Positions 13,291 through 26,530 of a stretch of DNA of 64,000 nucleotides are shown here, in pieces (position 1 is the first letter of the stretch; each line of letters begins with the position of its first letter). The translations under genes and the position numbers were made by a program. Source of the stretch: Octopus sinensis (Eukaryota); assembly GCF_006345805.1 (NCBI RefSeq), contig NC_042999.1:8370001-8434000 (forward strand). The letters run 5' to 3'. The notes below the pieces were generated by a model. That model saw only the letters and a program-made list of their open reading frames with translations, made no database searches and was not told the DNA's origin.

Positions 13291-13776
13291 TTAGGTCATC
13301 CCATAAGTTCTGTCTGATTATATCTTTATTAAAATTGAATGAAATTTAATAGTATTTTAGACTGTCTAAAGGAATTAAGAATTATTTAAACTAATTAAAT
13401 ATTATTTTACAGAATAATAGAATGAAAATTTCTTTGATTAAAACCCTTTCTAACATGGAAGTATCCAAAGAGCATTTGAGGCACATAATGCTTTATGAGT
13501 ACAAAAAAGGAAACTCTGCAGCTGAAGTGACTCGAAACATACACCCAGTTTATGGGAAAGAATGTTTGAATGAAAGAACTTGCAGAAGATGGTTTGCAAA
13601 ATTCAGAAGTGGAGATTTTAGCCTTGAAGATGAAGATCGAACAGGATGTCCCGTTGAGTTTGATGATAATCTCCTTGAAGCATTACTTCAAGAAAATCCT
13701 GCATTATCAGTTGAAGAATTGGCAATAAAGCTTAGTTCAAACCATACAACTGTTCATCGTCATCTTCAACAACATT
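13291..13776 (+). mobile_element. mariner 5' fragment (TIR plus HTH DNA-binding region)
   Basis: TA|TTAGGTCATCCCATAAGTTC TIR; ORF 13422..13778 EHLRHIMLYEYKKGNSAAE...TCRRWFAKFRSGDFSLED is Mos1/SETMAR-type; 3'-truncated. Confidence 0.88.
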
Positions 13777-14136
13777 GAAGAACAAAATCCTTGTCGAACA
13801 AAGTCTGTTGGCAGCAAGCAGCCACAGATTTTTCTGCTCTGGAAGGATTTTATCCAACATATGCTGTTCTATTAGTTCTTATGCACTGAAAGAGATATCT
13901 TTCTTCTTGTACCACAATACATTTCAGTGCTTCAAAACAAAACACACAAACTGATGTTTGTTTACATAAATACAAACATTTATATATCTATATTCTATAT
14001 ATCTAATAATATTCTAATAATATTATATATCTAATAATATTCTAATAATATTATATATCTAATAATATTCATAAATACAAACATTGATATATCTATATAC
14101 ACACATATGTACACAACTATAATTCATGATACAAAC

Positions 14137-17100
14137 CTCTTTTAATTCGAAGGATTCTTCTTGAACCATCTCCAGTTCGTCTTTTAATACAATGTTCTCC
14201 TGTTGAAGATAAACGATATCAATTCCTGTTATGCTTGTCTGGCTTCCTTGGGCAGTTTTCTCAACATCATACTTCTTCAATTTCTCCAGCTTCTCAAATT
14301 CGATTCGCAGATTATGGCTCTCCGTTTTTTCAAGTTGTAAACTTTCTTTTAAATTTTCAGTTTCTTGTTTTAATTGTTTAAGTATTAAATAAATTCTATC
14401 AGAAATGTTTTCTTTAAAACAAGTATACTTCTCTAGTAAGTTCTGGAATTCTTGATTGTTGGTGCTTGAAGAAATCACTTTTAGAAATGTTTCTTTGAAA
14501 TTTTGGTTATTATCATTCCTCCTGTCATCCTCAGCATCTGGGTCACTTCTGGAATGTCTGTATGGATTTTTGCAATTGATATGACAGAGGGTACACTGAT
14601 GAAGGCTATCTTCATCCTTCTTCAAAGAATCATATTTTGTTCCTTTCATTACTAAATCTTTACAATTATCTTCGAAACTTCTTATATTTGAAGATGTTAG
14701 AGAATGGTAAATTGTTCCATTCGAGGATTCAGTTCTTTTAGGAGATAAGTTTTCTCTCAGTGCTGGAGAAGCTTTAGTTTGCTGGTTTATTTTACTAATT
14801 AAAGAATTTGGTGAATTTGTACCACAAGAATAGTTTGAAACTTTGGTATTACTACCATTCAGCTTGAAATTCGAATATTCTTCTGTTTTAATAGTTTTAT
14901 AATAGTCTGTTCTAGTCCAAGGTTTCCAGAGATGACCTCTCCTTAAAGGCGAAACATTAGACGAAAAAGGAGAGTAACTCTCGCTTGGACGAAGAATTTT
15001 ATTGCTTTCTTGTAATGTGTTATTACTTGACTGAAATGTTGAATGTTCCGGTTTTATTTGCTGTTCTCTCAATTTTTTACCATCATTAACAACTTGCTGG
15101 TGCTTGGAATTTTCCAAAGAGTTAATTAATGAAGGCTGGTTTTTATTCTGTTCCTGTAATCTTCCTGTACTCAAATTAAAATCGGTTTTATTAGTGCTGG
15201 AAGTAGTTGAAAGCTGACAATCACCAGTCGGGGAATTTCCTGGTATCTCCACACTTTGTACAGTGTCTTCAAATGAAGAATTAGAATTGTTCAACGATGT
15301 TCTTCCAGTTTCCATAGCATTCACTTTTTCTTTAAGTTTTCCAATTTCTTCACAAAGAAATTCAATCTTCTCTGATGTAAGTCCCGATGGATGTTGCTTG
15401 TTAAAACCATCTTGAGAATTCAATTTGACTGTGATTACTTTGCCAGTCTGATTTTCCGGAACTTCAGAACATCTATCATGATTACCATTATTTAATGCTT
15501 CATCAAGACATATTGGCTGACCAATATTTTCGTTACCTGTTCTATCTCTAGTAGAATTTCCATGATTCACATTTATACAAGGCGCCAAGTAAATTCCATT
15601 GACTATTTCCCCGTCATGTTGGCAATGAGGAAATGACTGCGATAGAGTTGATGTTTTGCTAGAAATTTTAAAGGGTAGAAACGTAGGCAAGTACTGCTGG
15701 GGAGAGGGTGGAAAGGGTGGAGGAGATGATAAGGGTGGAGTTGGTGGCGCAAGTTTATCTTTTACACTTTCTTGGACAATGCCCCCATCAGTCTGTTCTG
15801 TGTCATTGTTAGTCAAAAGAATCTGATTTTCTGAACATGATGGCAAATTTGAACTTTGATTAAAAGAATGATCCTCCAATGATAAAAGAGGAGAAGCCAC
15901 CTGGGAAACGGGAGCAGGTAATTCGGTGCTTTGCAGGAGGAAAACTTTTTTACAGGTGTATATTCCATTATCTTTTGAAGATGCAGCAATATCTGAAGAT
16001 GTTACCATGAGAGAACTGCTAACATCATTATTTCTCATCAATGATGTTTTCTTTAAATCAGTGAACTGTCTGTCTGAGGAAGATTGCTTTCCATTCTCCT
16101 CAGATCTTGGAGAATAACTTAGCAGGTATTTTTCAGAATATCTTTCAGTTTGTTGATTCCTGCCAACGTCTGTGGCAGGATTTTTACTCAGTTGTAATGT
16201 TGAATATGACAAAAAATAGGGGCTTGATGGTGAGTTTGAGGCCTTCTTTTGGCAAGCCTGTGTTTCTGGCCAAAGATCTCCTTCATGAGCAGAAGAATTA
16301 CTCAGTGTCAGACCAGATTCTGTCTTTGTCATTGTTGTCGACGTTGTTGTCGTTGTTGTTGTTGTTGTGAGTGGAAAGGATGATGATGACGATAATGATG
16401 ATGATAGTGATGAAGAAGATGGTGGTGATAATGATTTAGATGACATTTGCTTCTCTCTTGTTGATGATGATGATGATGATGGTGACGATGATGTCAGTAT
16501 TGGTAGAACCAATGTAGACACCATGGTTTGTTTTGTTAAACCTGAAGATGGTTGAAGACTGTTCATTGTTGAAGGTGAACAACTGTTAACAGTTGTGCAG
16601 GCAGTGTTAATTCTGTTACTCAATCCTGTTGATGGAGGATCACTGAGAGCGGTAGACGTTATTCTACTGTTGAACACAGGCTCCGTATCATAGGCAGTGG
16701 TCATCTGGGTCTTGTTGGCCATTTTAGAAGGAGAAATATTGAGAGAGGTGGATGTAACATTGCTGGTATTTGTTGATAGAATTTGGCTGTTATTCTCTGA
16801 CGGTGACTTGTCGTAAGATGGGGAGGATTTACTGGGGTCGTTGATGTTAGTTGTTGGTTTTGACTTAAATGCTGTAGCTGAATAGACAGACACCTTCGGG
16901 ACTGGACTCTCCTCACCATCCTTACCATCCGTGGTCGATGAAGCGTCAAAGTATTTTGATCTTTTTCCATAACTCTGGCTAAAAGAAACATCGTTTATGG
17001 CTTTTTGTGCCGGTTCGTTGGCGTTCGTAGACAAAGTGGGTGCCGTACTTGAAGAGAAGAAATTCTTAATGTTTGGAGCATTCCTATTTTGGAAAATGCT

Positions 17101-17196
17101 TTTGTCTGAAGAATTCCTTGGAGATGGAGAAGACAGTTTGTGGGTTGATAAATAGTTCAGCTGCTTTCTTGGAGAATTGTAGGATTTATTTTTAAC
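14137..17196 (-). CDS. Host gene giant exon (1,020 codons; Ser/Thr/Asn-rich, C-terminal coiled coil)
   Basis: Real core of ORF 14059..17400. Acceptor ttttcttttattttcttcAG|GTTAAA (AG at 17198-17197); donor GAG|GTTTGT (GT at 14136-14135). 3,060 nt, phase 0 at both ends; VKNKSYNSPRK...EESFELKE. Confidence 0.85.
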
Positions 17197-17449
17197 CTGA
17201 AGAAAATAAAAGAAAAAATTCATATTAAACAGGATTGTCATGAAAATAAAACAAGGCATTAATATTCTTGATATAACCACTGTTGCTATCATCTTTGTCA
17301 TCGTTGCCATTGCCATCAACAGTGACGTCATCGTCATCATCATTATCATTGTCATCATCATCATCATCAACCCTTCCTTTCCTACCCCCACCCCCATCAT
17401 TATTCATAAGAATCATTATTTTCATTTCACTTCTCAGAGCTCTTGATTT

Positions 17450-17822
17450 TACTTGCTGCAGCTAATTCTGTAAGAGCAGACAGCAACCTGCTGTCAAGGC
17501 TTTCCAAAGTTCTCTTCTTTCCAAAATACCTAAAGCCCATGGACCAATCTCAAAACCCTCATTGTCTCCAACAGATCAGTTTCCTGAACATGTTATACTC
17601 TCGTGTGAATCCCAATTTCTCCAAAAAATTTCTCAAACCTGGTTGTTAATGTTCCCTTTGCCCCTACAACTACTGGGATCACAACTACTCCCTTCATTGC
17701 CCACATTCGTGTGGTTTCATCCTTTAGTGGTTTGTACTTCTCAACCTTTTCCAATTCTTGGTCATTTAATTGTAGAATCCCATCTATAGCAATATCCATG
17801 ATCTTCATTTCCTCCATCATTT
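17450..17822 (-). mobile_element. R4/Dong-like non-LTR 3' end (restriction-like endonuclease)
   Basis: IMDIAID...EKVEKYKPLKDETTRMWAMKGVVVIPVVVGAKG matches the RLE C-terminal motif D..P/K..KY/IP+V+GA.G. Confidence 0.75.
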
Positions 17823-17825
17823 ATC

Positions 17826-18078
17826 AACATTATTATTAATATGGGTGGTGAGCTGGCAGAAACGTTAGCACACCGGGCGAAATACTTAGCGGCATTTTGC
17901 CTGTTGCTACGTTCTGGGTTCAAATTCCACCGAGGTCGACTTTGCCTTTCATCCTTTCAGAGTTGATAAATTAAGTACTAGTTATGCACTGGGATCAATA
18001 TAATCGACTTAATCCATTTGTCTGTCCTTGTTTGCCCTCTCTGTGTCTAGCCCCTTGTGGGTAGTAAAGAAATAGGTA
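17826..18078 (+). mobile_element. tRNA-derived SINE (family B; ~10 copies)
   Basis: Head GGTGAGCTGGCAGAAACGTTAG with B box GGGTTCAAATTCC and tail gtgggtagtaaagaaata. Other copies: + 50565-50780; - 1851-2070, 19905-20130, 22610-22790, 26880-27075, 30998-31230, 32700-32920, 43893-44028, 61080-61310. Confidence 0.85.
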
Positions 18079-18084
18079 TTCTTT

Positions 18085-18760
18085 GGGAGGATATAATTAC
18101 TGTAATGCTCATGTTCTCCTTCTGCCAGTTTTCCTAAGATTAAACGCATTTTCATATCGTCGTCCCAATCTTTGCTCTCTTTTTTGAAGATTTGTTCGTA
18201 TCTTCCACAGGAAGCCCCTAAGGTAACTCCTTTATCTGGTTTGTACTTAAACTCTGTTTTCGAGTTTGCCACATAATCTGCTGAGATCGTTTTCCCAACA
18301 TTTTCTGATGATTTATTATCCATTAATTGCAGCATTTGGTACTGTAATAGTAATTGCTGTTGTTGTTGTTGCTTCTGTTGTTGTTCTTGCAGTTGTATCT
18401 GCCGCTGTTGTTGTTCTTTTAGTTGTTGTTGTTGTTGTTGCTGTTTTTGCAACTTGAGTAAACCAGCCAACAAATTTTCCATAATTTCATGATTTTCCTT
18501 TCCAGAAAATTTGCACAAAAAATATTTATGAGTTTGTTAGATCCTTCTTGCCATTGTTATAATCCTTAATGTCAGATTGTTTTAACACCTGCTCTGGTAT
18601 AGCTCTATAGTTGTTAGACCAGTAAAGACCATGATTCTCTATGACTGTCTCCTTCCTACTCTCCCCTTATACTGACTGATGTCACCTTATTTATAGCGAC
18701 TAGCACATACCACTCATCACGTGGGAAGGGTTTACCATTATTACTCTTATCCCCACAACG
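18085..18760 (-). mobile_element. Ty3/Gypsy (Mag-like) 5' fragment: short LTR, PBS, gag
   Basis: LTR ~18757-18555 (TGTGGGG...TATAACA, internal TATAAATA), then PBS-like TGGCAAGAAGG, then gag FKYKPDKGVTLGASCGRYEQIFKKE...KMRLILGKLAEGEHEHYSNYILPK. Confidence 0.7.
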
Positions 18761-18761
18761 A

Positions 18762-19217
18762 TTCCCTTCGAAATAGTTCCCTTCAGAAGCCACACACTTT
18801 ATCCAGCATCATTTCCATTGATGGAAGCATTTCAGGAACTCCTCTTTTGGGATAGCAATCAACTGCCTCGTTGCATTCTCTTGGAATTTTTTGATATCTG
18901 GAAATCTCGTTTAGGTCTTCCCCTGCAAAGAATGAGCCTTGGTGTTTTGGGGTCATAGCCACAGATCCAAAATTTGCCACCTGTTGTGATGCTTTTCAAA
19001 CGAATTTTCTCCTTCCCCAACACATTCAAAGGTTTGGGAGCAGTTGAATCCCAACCTTCTTTTTGAGACGACCACACTCCACAAACTTTACTTCCAGATG
19101 CTTCTTTAAACAATGGTGTGCATGTGTTCAACATCACTCTGTACCTAGTGGTTTCACACTGTGTATTTTAGCTCAGTTTCCATAGCAACAGCCCCTATAG
19201 TTTTTGATCAGACCTTG
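18762..19217 (-). mobile_element. Internally deleted, degenerate mariner
   Basis: TA|CAAGGTCTGATCAAAAA TIR at 19217; LKSITTGGKFWICGYDPKT (degenerate TGDE.W...YDP motif); terminal IPKEEFLKCFHQWK..WIKCVASEGNYFEG. Confidence 0.75.
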
Positions 19218-20519
19218 TACATAAAACTCAGCCTAACCTTTGACCCATAGACAGCTGTCCCCTTTCTTTCTGATCTTTTCAGCCCCTTCTCCAGTGTTGT
19301 CTCCTGTTTAGAGTTCAGCTGGTTTCATGCCCCTACCAACTCAGCCAGTCCCAGTTCATTCTTCTATTCTCTTGTCACCAGTCTTGTGTCCTACCTCCCA
19401 CTCTCCTCCCTAATCTCTACACCCAGATCCTCTTTCCAAAGACATCTGTTCTTGTTTACAAGGCAACCCTTGATTTCAGTATAATGTGAACATTTTTGAT
19501 GCCAACCCACCTGGAACCACTTCTCGTGGTTTTATGATACAAACATCTTGTCTTAAATTGATCTGAAATAAAACCTCCTATCAATATTTCTTGTTAATTA
19601 ATGTTCAAGACACCAGCTTAATAAAGACAAATTGGTTTTACTCAATTCGTTATTATTTTAAAGATTAATTAAAACAAAATCTGTGTGTTTCAACAAAAAT
19701 ATAAAAGAGTTTCTCGCCATTGGTTTTGGAGGTCATAACAACCTGTTGCTCCACACCAAATCGATAAGAAGGCATATTGGAATCGCAGATGCATTGCTTG
19801 GCCTTAGGCCTTAGCAAAACGAAACCCTCTTTTGACTCTTTTCGAAACCCTGCATAGAATGCTTCTTTACTATCAATATCATCATCATCATCATCATCAT
19901 CTGTTTATTTATTACCCACAAGGGGCTAAACATAGAGAGGACAAACAAGGACAGACAAACGAATTAAGTCAATTACATCGACCCCAGTGCGTAACTGGTA
20001 TTTATTTAATCGACCCTGAAAGGATGAAAGGCAAAGTTGACCTCGGCGGAATTTGAACTCAGAACGTAACGGCAGATGAAATACGGCTACACATTTCACC
20101 CAGCGTGCTAACGGTTCTGCCAGCTCGCCGCCTTTCGTCATCATCATCATCATCATCATCACCACCATCACCATCATTATCATCATCATCGACGTCATCG
20201 TCGTCGTCATCGTTGTTGTCATTGTCATCGTTTTAATGTACACTTTTCTACGCATGCATAAATCAGGTGCAGTTTGCTGTTTTGCAGATTGACCTACAGC
20301 AGGATACCCTTGCTGTCACCAACCCTCACCTGTTTCCAAGCAAGGTAATATTTCCCCATTGCCAGACATGTTTTTGCACAGAAGACAGGAAATGATATAA
20401 ACATTGCCTATACAACAGTAATACTTGTTTACAGCCATCGTGTGCTGTCAACACAAGGATATGCACAAACACACACACATACACAGATATATATTTATAT
20501 AAAGTTAATCCAAACAAGA

Positions 20520-20678
20520 AAGCACAAAAAAAACACAACAACGCGAGGACGTGGAACAAATATAGTATTATTGGACGCTCAGGAAAGAAGGAAAGAAGGA
20601 AGGTTTAACATTTTGAGCGGAGCTCTTCGTCGGAAACATAGGAGAAGGAAAGATCCAGAGAAGGGAAGACACACGCGG

Positions 20679-20680
<2 letters not shown>
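20520..20680 (-). mobile_element. PLE pLTR-like fragment with decayed hammerhead (20603-20637)
   Basis: Minus strand: GTTT|CCGACGA-A|GAGC-TCC-GCTC|AAAA|TGTT|AAAC. Stems I and II pair; the core is altered. Confidence 0.55.
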
Positions 20681-20732
<52 letters not shown>

Positions 20733-20749
20733 CATACATATATACATAC

Positions 20750-20782
<33 letters not shown>

Positions 20783-20809
20783 CATATATATATATACATA
20801 CATACATAT

Positions 20810-20852
<43 letters not shown>

Positions 20853-21000
20853 TATATATCAGAGGTATTGGTATGCAGAAGACCCAAGGTGGCAGGTAAG
20901 GCTGTGTAAGCGCTATTCTTTATAAATGTCTTGAAAATTCCACTTAGCCTTGGCTTTGTTGTCTCATTTTATTTGACACACACACACAAATTTATAGATA

Positions 21001-22136
21001 CTGGGTGGCAATAAGGTCACTTATAGAGATACTTAAAATAGCAATTAAGACAAAGCAATTAATCAACAGTCCAGGAATTAATTATTAAAATGGTTCTGAT
21101 TAATTCTGGTTAATAACAAAAGAATGTTATGCTAAACAATTGTATATTAATTACTGATACTGTTTGAACTGGAAGCCATCTGCTTCAACGCATTCCCTAC
21201 AAAGTGAGAGAACGCTTCGACCAAAGTCACAACACAAATGGTTCTGATGGCTTAAGTCTGCAAATGCATTTGGAATAAATTACTTGCGGTCATCGATATT
21301 TCTTGGTTTCTTTTGCAAGAACGGAAACATTGATAATTCCCCATAAAGTGAAAATCCTTCGGGGTCGAATCCGGTGAGCAAGGAGACCGCTCAACACTGA
21401 CACATGTTGTCCTAGCCATCTTCCTGGAAATGCTGCACCAAGATAATTCCTTACATTGAGAGCAAAATGTGGAGGTGTCCCATCCTGTTGAAAGAAAACC
21501 TCATGGAAATCATATTTTTGTCATAAAACAGGAACTATGGCAGTTTGTGATGTTTCTAAGGAGTAAACGTCTCTCATTGGTCCAGATTATCTTCCAATAA
21601 GCTGCAATTATAAACCAACTTTGGTCATTTATAAGCTACAGTCATGAACCTATTTCTCTGTCGTGTCCATTGCTTTGATTCTCTTCTCATTTTGCTTTGC
21701 TTTTTATTATCAATAACTGTATTCTTTTACTTGTTTCAGTCATTTGACTGTGGCCATGCTGGAGCATCACCTTTTATTCGAACAAATCGATCCCAGGACT
21801 TATTTTTTGTAAGCCTAGTAAATTTTTTAACGATCTCTTTTGCTGAACTTTTGCTGAAGTTACGGGGACGTAAACACAGCAGCATTGGTTGCCAAGTGAT
21901 GGTGGAGGGACAAACATGGACACACACACACATATATATATACACACACGATGGGATTCTTTCAGTTTCCATCTACCAAATCCACTCCTAAGGCTTTGGT
22001 CAGCCCAAGGCTATAGTAGAAGACACTCGCCCAAGGTGCCATGCAGTAGGACTGAACCCAGTACCATGTGGTTGGGAAGCAAGCTTCTTACCATACAGCC
22101 ACTCCTGCGGCTATGAGTGACTTTATTGCCACCCTG
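21001..22136 (-). mobile_element. Tc1/mariner-superfamily element (DD41D/rosa-like spacing) with nested SINE A
   Basis: TIRs TA|CTGGGTGGCAATAAGGTCAC and GTGACTTTATTGCCACCCTG|TA. Minus remnant FQQDGTPPHFALNVRNYL...FPGRWLG...SPDSTPKDF. SINE A inserted at ~21725-22108. Confidence 0.8.
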
Positions 22137-23063
22137 TATATATATGTGTGTGTGTGTGTGTGTGTATGTATGTAAAAACAATAAGCTTCTTTTAGTTTCC
22201 ATTGACCGAATCCACCCAGAAGGATCCTTTGGCCAAGGGCTTTAGCAGAAGACGCTTGCCTAAGGTACAACACTGTGGTACTAAACCCAAGACCAAGTTT
22301 CTTTACCACACAGTCATGCTTGTAACAAGAGTCACACAACTTTTGGGGCCTGAAATTGTCGTGTCTTCCCTAAGGATTGCTTCTTTAACTGAGGCTGATG
22401 AATACCTTACACCAAACCTTCCATCAGACTGTTGAATTACCAAAATCCCTTTCTTGTGCTTTTCCTTGCTTTCTTTCATTTGGTTCCTCCCAAGATATTC
22501 TTGGTACTTGTTTATTATTTTTTGAGAGCAAATACAATTTTAAAAGAGGGTAACTTGGCCTTCATTCTGCTCCATCTAAAACCTGTATTTTTCCATGGAA
22601 CCTGAAGAACAGTGATTTTGGGGGAAGGTATCAGTCAATTACATTGGCGCCAGTACTTATTTTACAATTTGAAAAGATGAACAGCAAAGTCAACTTTGAG
22701 GGAATTTGATCTTAGAATGTAAAAATAGACAAAATGTTGATAAGAATTTTTGCCCAGCATGCTAAGAATTCTGCCAGGTTGCCACACAATCCAAGCCAAA
22801 TAACTCCAATGTTATAAGCTGTCTCTCACCCAACGCCTACCAATATTCTTCAGTTGTTGTACAACAGCATTAAGGTTGTGAATCTTACTCAGACTAAGAA
22901 GATTCTTTGCCACTTAACAATTCTAAAGTTCCTCAACCTGCTCTTCTCTTTCAAGACAGAAGAGGTTAGCGGCAGTGCATGACTATTGATCAAAATGGTC
23001 TTCTTCTTTAGAAGTTGCATTCAAATAAAACCAACAACAACAACAACAAAAGTAATCATTATC

Positions 23064-23099
<36 letters not shown>

Positions 23100-23339
23100 T
23101 ATTATTGTTATTATTATTATTATTACTATTATTATTATTCACCAGTATCGTGCAAATATAGGAAATCATTATTGTTAACTACCATTGTGCATGTATCAGA
23201 AATCATTATCGTTATAATTAGCAATCAAATAATAACAATAATAATAATAAGGAGGAGGAGGAGGGGAAGGGGAGGAGGAGGAGGAGGTGGAGAAGAAGAA
23301 GAAGAGAAGAAGAAGAAGAAGAAGAAGAAGAAGCATTTT

Positions 23340-23419
23340 AGATGAAAGTGGTCAAATTGTTTTACACAGAAGAATGTTACAAATTCAGAGAGAGAGAGAC
23401 AGGGAGAAAAAGAGTGTGT

Positions 23420-23458
<39 letters not shown>

Positions 23459-23800
23459 GGAAATTCATATAAAACAAGTAGATCTAAACAAATTGTGTCA
23501 GATCATAGACTTGGCAATTCCCTATAACAGAGAGGATATCAAAGAAACAGTAAAAATTGAGAGATGCCAGGCTCTAGTCAGAGAGCTGGAGAGACTGGAA
23601 GACCAAAGAGAAAGAGTTATTCTTGTAGGAAATGGTGCTCTTGGCACAATGAATGAAAGACTGAAAGAGATTAGAATCGAAAAACACGTCAATTTGCAGA
23701 AAAGTACTTTTCTATAAGATTCTGTAAGAATTCTAAGGAAAATTCTTGGGTTTTAAGGAAACTTGTTGTCATCAAACATCAAGATAAAATACCTGCTAAT
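23340..23800 (+). mobile_element. R4/Dong-like RLE 3' fragment
   Basis: CQIIDLAIPYNREDIKETVKIERCQALVRELERL...GNGALGT; follows an (ATT)n/(AAG)n tract. Confidence 0.6.
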
Positions 23801-23808
23801 TAAATAAG

Positions 23809-23846
<38 letters not shown>

Positions 23847-24256
23847 TTACTACTACCACCGCCACCACCACCACTAGTAAACTTGTCAAAAGAAACCACC
23901 CTGGATTACAGAGGCTAAGGACAAACAATGAACCATCTCCTATACATAGATGATTTTGAAATTTTCACTAAAATACCACAGAACATCATTGTTTAACGTC
24001 TGCTTTCCATGCTAGCATGGGTTGGACGATTTGACTGAGGACTGCAGAACCAGATGGCTGCACCAGGCTCCAATCTGATCTGGCAGAGTTTCTAAAGCTG
24101 GATGCCCTTCTTAAAGCCAACTACTCCAAGAGTGTAGTGGATGCTTTTATATTCCACCGGCATGAGGGCCAGTCAAGTGGTACTGGCAATGGCCATGCTC
24201 ATATGGTGTTTTTTATGTGCCACCTGCACAGGAGCCAGTCATGCAGCACTGGCAAC

Positions 24257-24289
<33 letters not shown>

Positions 24290-24339
24290 CAAGAAATACC
24301 TTAGGAATGAGAACCCAGGTTCAAAATTCAGAAAAAAGA

Positions 24340-24854
24340 TGGTATAGGCACACACCAGAAAAGGTCACAGAAAACGAGAAAGCAACCATACTCTGGGATA
24401 TGCCAATACACACAGATAGAGAAATTAAGGTCAATAGGCCAGATATAGTTGTCAGAGATCATGAAGGAAAAAAATGCTTTCTAATTGATGTATCAATACC
24501 AGCAGATGACAATGTGTCTCTAAAAGAAATGGAGAAACTTTCAACATACAAAGACCTGGAAATTGAGGTAACTAGAATGTGGAATCTAAAAACAGAAACA
24601 ATTCCTATCATAGTAGGTGCATTAGGCATGATAAAAAAATATTCAGACAAATACATAACAAAATCACCAGGACTTACAAACACATATAACATACAGACAA
24701 TTGCACTACTAGGCACTGCACACATCCTATGCAAAACACTTCCAATACAGTGAAAATAAGAGCATCACAACAAACCACAGCACATACCCAAGGCACACAG
24801 AGCTGCGTTCGGTAGTGAAGTGAAAGCATGCTATAAAAATAAAACTACTGAATG

Positions 24855-24913
<59 letters not shown>

Positions 24914-24930
24914 TAATAATAATAATAATA
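24340..24930 (+). mobile_element. R4/Dong-like RLE 3' end with (AAT)n tail
   Basis: TILWDMPIHTDREIKVNRPDIVVRD...LIDVSIP...KLSTYKDLEIEVTRMW...IPIIVGALG (PD-(D/E)xK RLE). Confidence 0.85.
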
Positions 24931-24934
24931 ATTG

Positions 24935-26449
24935 AAGGGGATGGAATAAGGCATTCAGTGATGAAGGAAAGGATCAGGAGAGAATGTTATTGCAGAGTAA
25001 GAGCAATACTCAAAACATAGTTGAATGTGAGAAACAGGATCAAAGCAATCAATGCTTTAGCCATACCAGTCGTGACTTACAGTTTCAACATCGTTAACTG
25101 GTCAATTACAGAAACATGTAAACTTGACAGAAAAATGCGAAAACTGTTGACGATGCATAGAATGCACCACCCTAAGGCAGATACAGAACGACTTTATCTG
25201 CCAAGAAAAGAGGGAGGCCGTGGACATTTACAACTGGCAATAACAATGAAGATTGCTACAATTGGCCTAGACACCTACCTGAAAAACTCTGAGGACTGGA
25301 TGTTAAAACTTGTCTCAAAACATGGAAACAGGAAAGTATCATACTCAGTAACAAAACAGGCAAAGGAATATCTAAGTGAATTCCGAATACAACAAATTTC
25401 GGAATTAGAGATAGACATACAAAAACAGGCACAGAAAAAGCTAAGCGTATGAAAACCCATGCTAAATCTGCGGCCTTAGATATTCTGAATGATAAATGGC
25501 AAGAAAAACCTCTCTATGGCAAATACCCAAAGAGAGCAAATAATGCAGATGTTGACAAAGCCCTGACCCATCAATGGCTAATGGCCTCTGGTTTAAAATC
25601 TGAAACAGAGGGGTTTATCATAGCAGCTCAAGATCAATGCCTACCAACAAGAAACTACCAGGCCAACATATTAAAGAACGGCAGTAGCCCAACATGTCGT
25701 GTATGCCGGCAACAAAATGAAACCATTGATTATGTTGTCTCCAAGTGCAGTCTTCTTGCGCCTACAGAGTATCTCAACAGGCATGATAGAGTTGCACAAT
25801 ATATTCACTGGGTAATTTGCAAAAGCCTGGACTTGCCCCATGATAAAAACTGGTGAGAACACAAACCACCTCACTGCTTGAAAATGACCACATCTCACTC
25901 CTCTGGAACTTCACCATTCAAACTGACGGAAAGATAGACGCGAATAGGCCAGACATCATATTGAAAGACTTCAAACAAAGAACATGCCTCCTCATTGATA
26001 TGACTGTCCCAATCGATATAAACGTATCTGTCAAGACCTACCAAAAACTGAGCAAATATAAAGATCTTGAAATAGAAATCAGCAAAATGTGGAACCTGAA
26101 GACTAAAACAATACCTGTTGTCATAGGTGCCCTGGGAATGATAGCAAAAGGGGCTGATTGCTACCTAACTCAGATACCAGGAAACCCCAAAATGGCAGAA
26201 ATTCAAAAGATAGTGCTCAGGGGAACTACTCATATCCTACACAAAATACTTTCTATATAATCTCAAGGTTTAAAACAAACATAATTTTCGTATGGTTTTT
26301 TTAGGCATTCACTAGTACAACACTAAGTACAAAACCAAACATATGGCACCCTAGGCATAACACCAACATGAAGTTCCAACTTGTTGTCTCTTGAGGTCTC
26401 TGGGTGAGACTTGGAGCCAGCTTGTGCAAATGTAAAGCAAAAGGCAAAC

Positions 26450-26503
<54 letters not shown>

Positions 26504-26530
26504 TAATAATAATAATAATGATAATAATAA
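24935..26530 (+). mobile_element. R4/Dong-like non-LTR 3' half (RT thumb, CCHC knuckle, RLE), frameshifted
   Basis: RLYLPRKEGGRG; CRVCRQQNETIDYVVSKC; RHDRVAQYIHW; NRPDIILKD...KLSKYKDL; flanked by (AAT)n on both sides. Confidence 0.88.

Noticed and set aside
17197-17400. N-terminal part of the 1113-aa ORF (MMGVGVGKEG...)
   Set aside because: It reads through a (GAT)n microsatellite and a polypyrimidine tract; a good acceptor at 17197 marks the true exon start.
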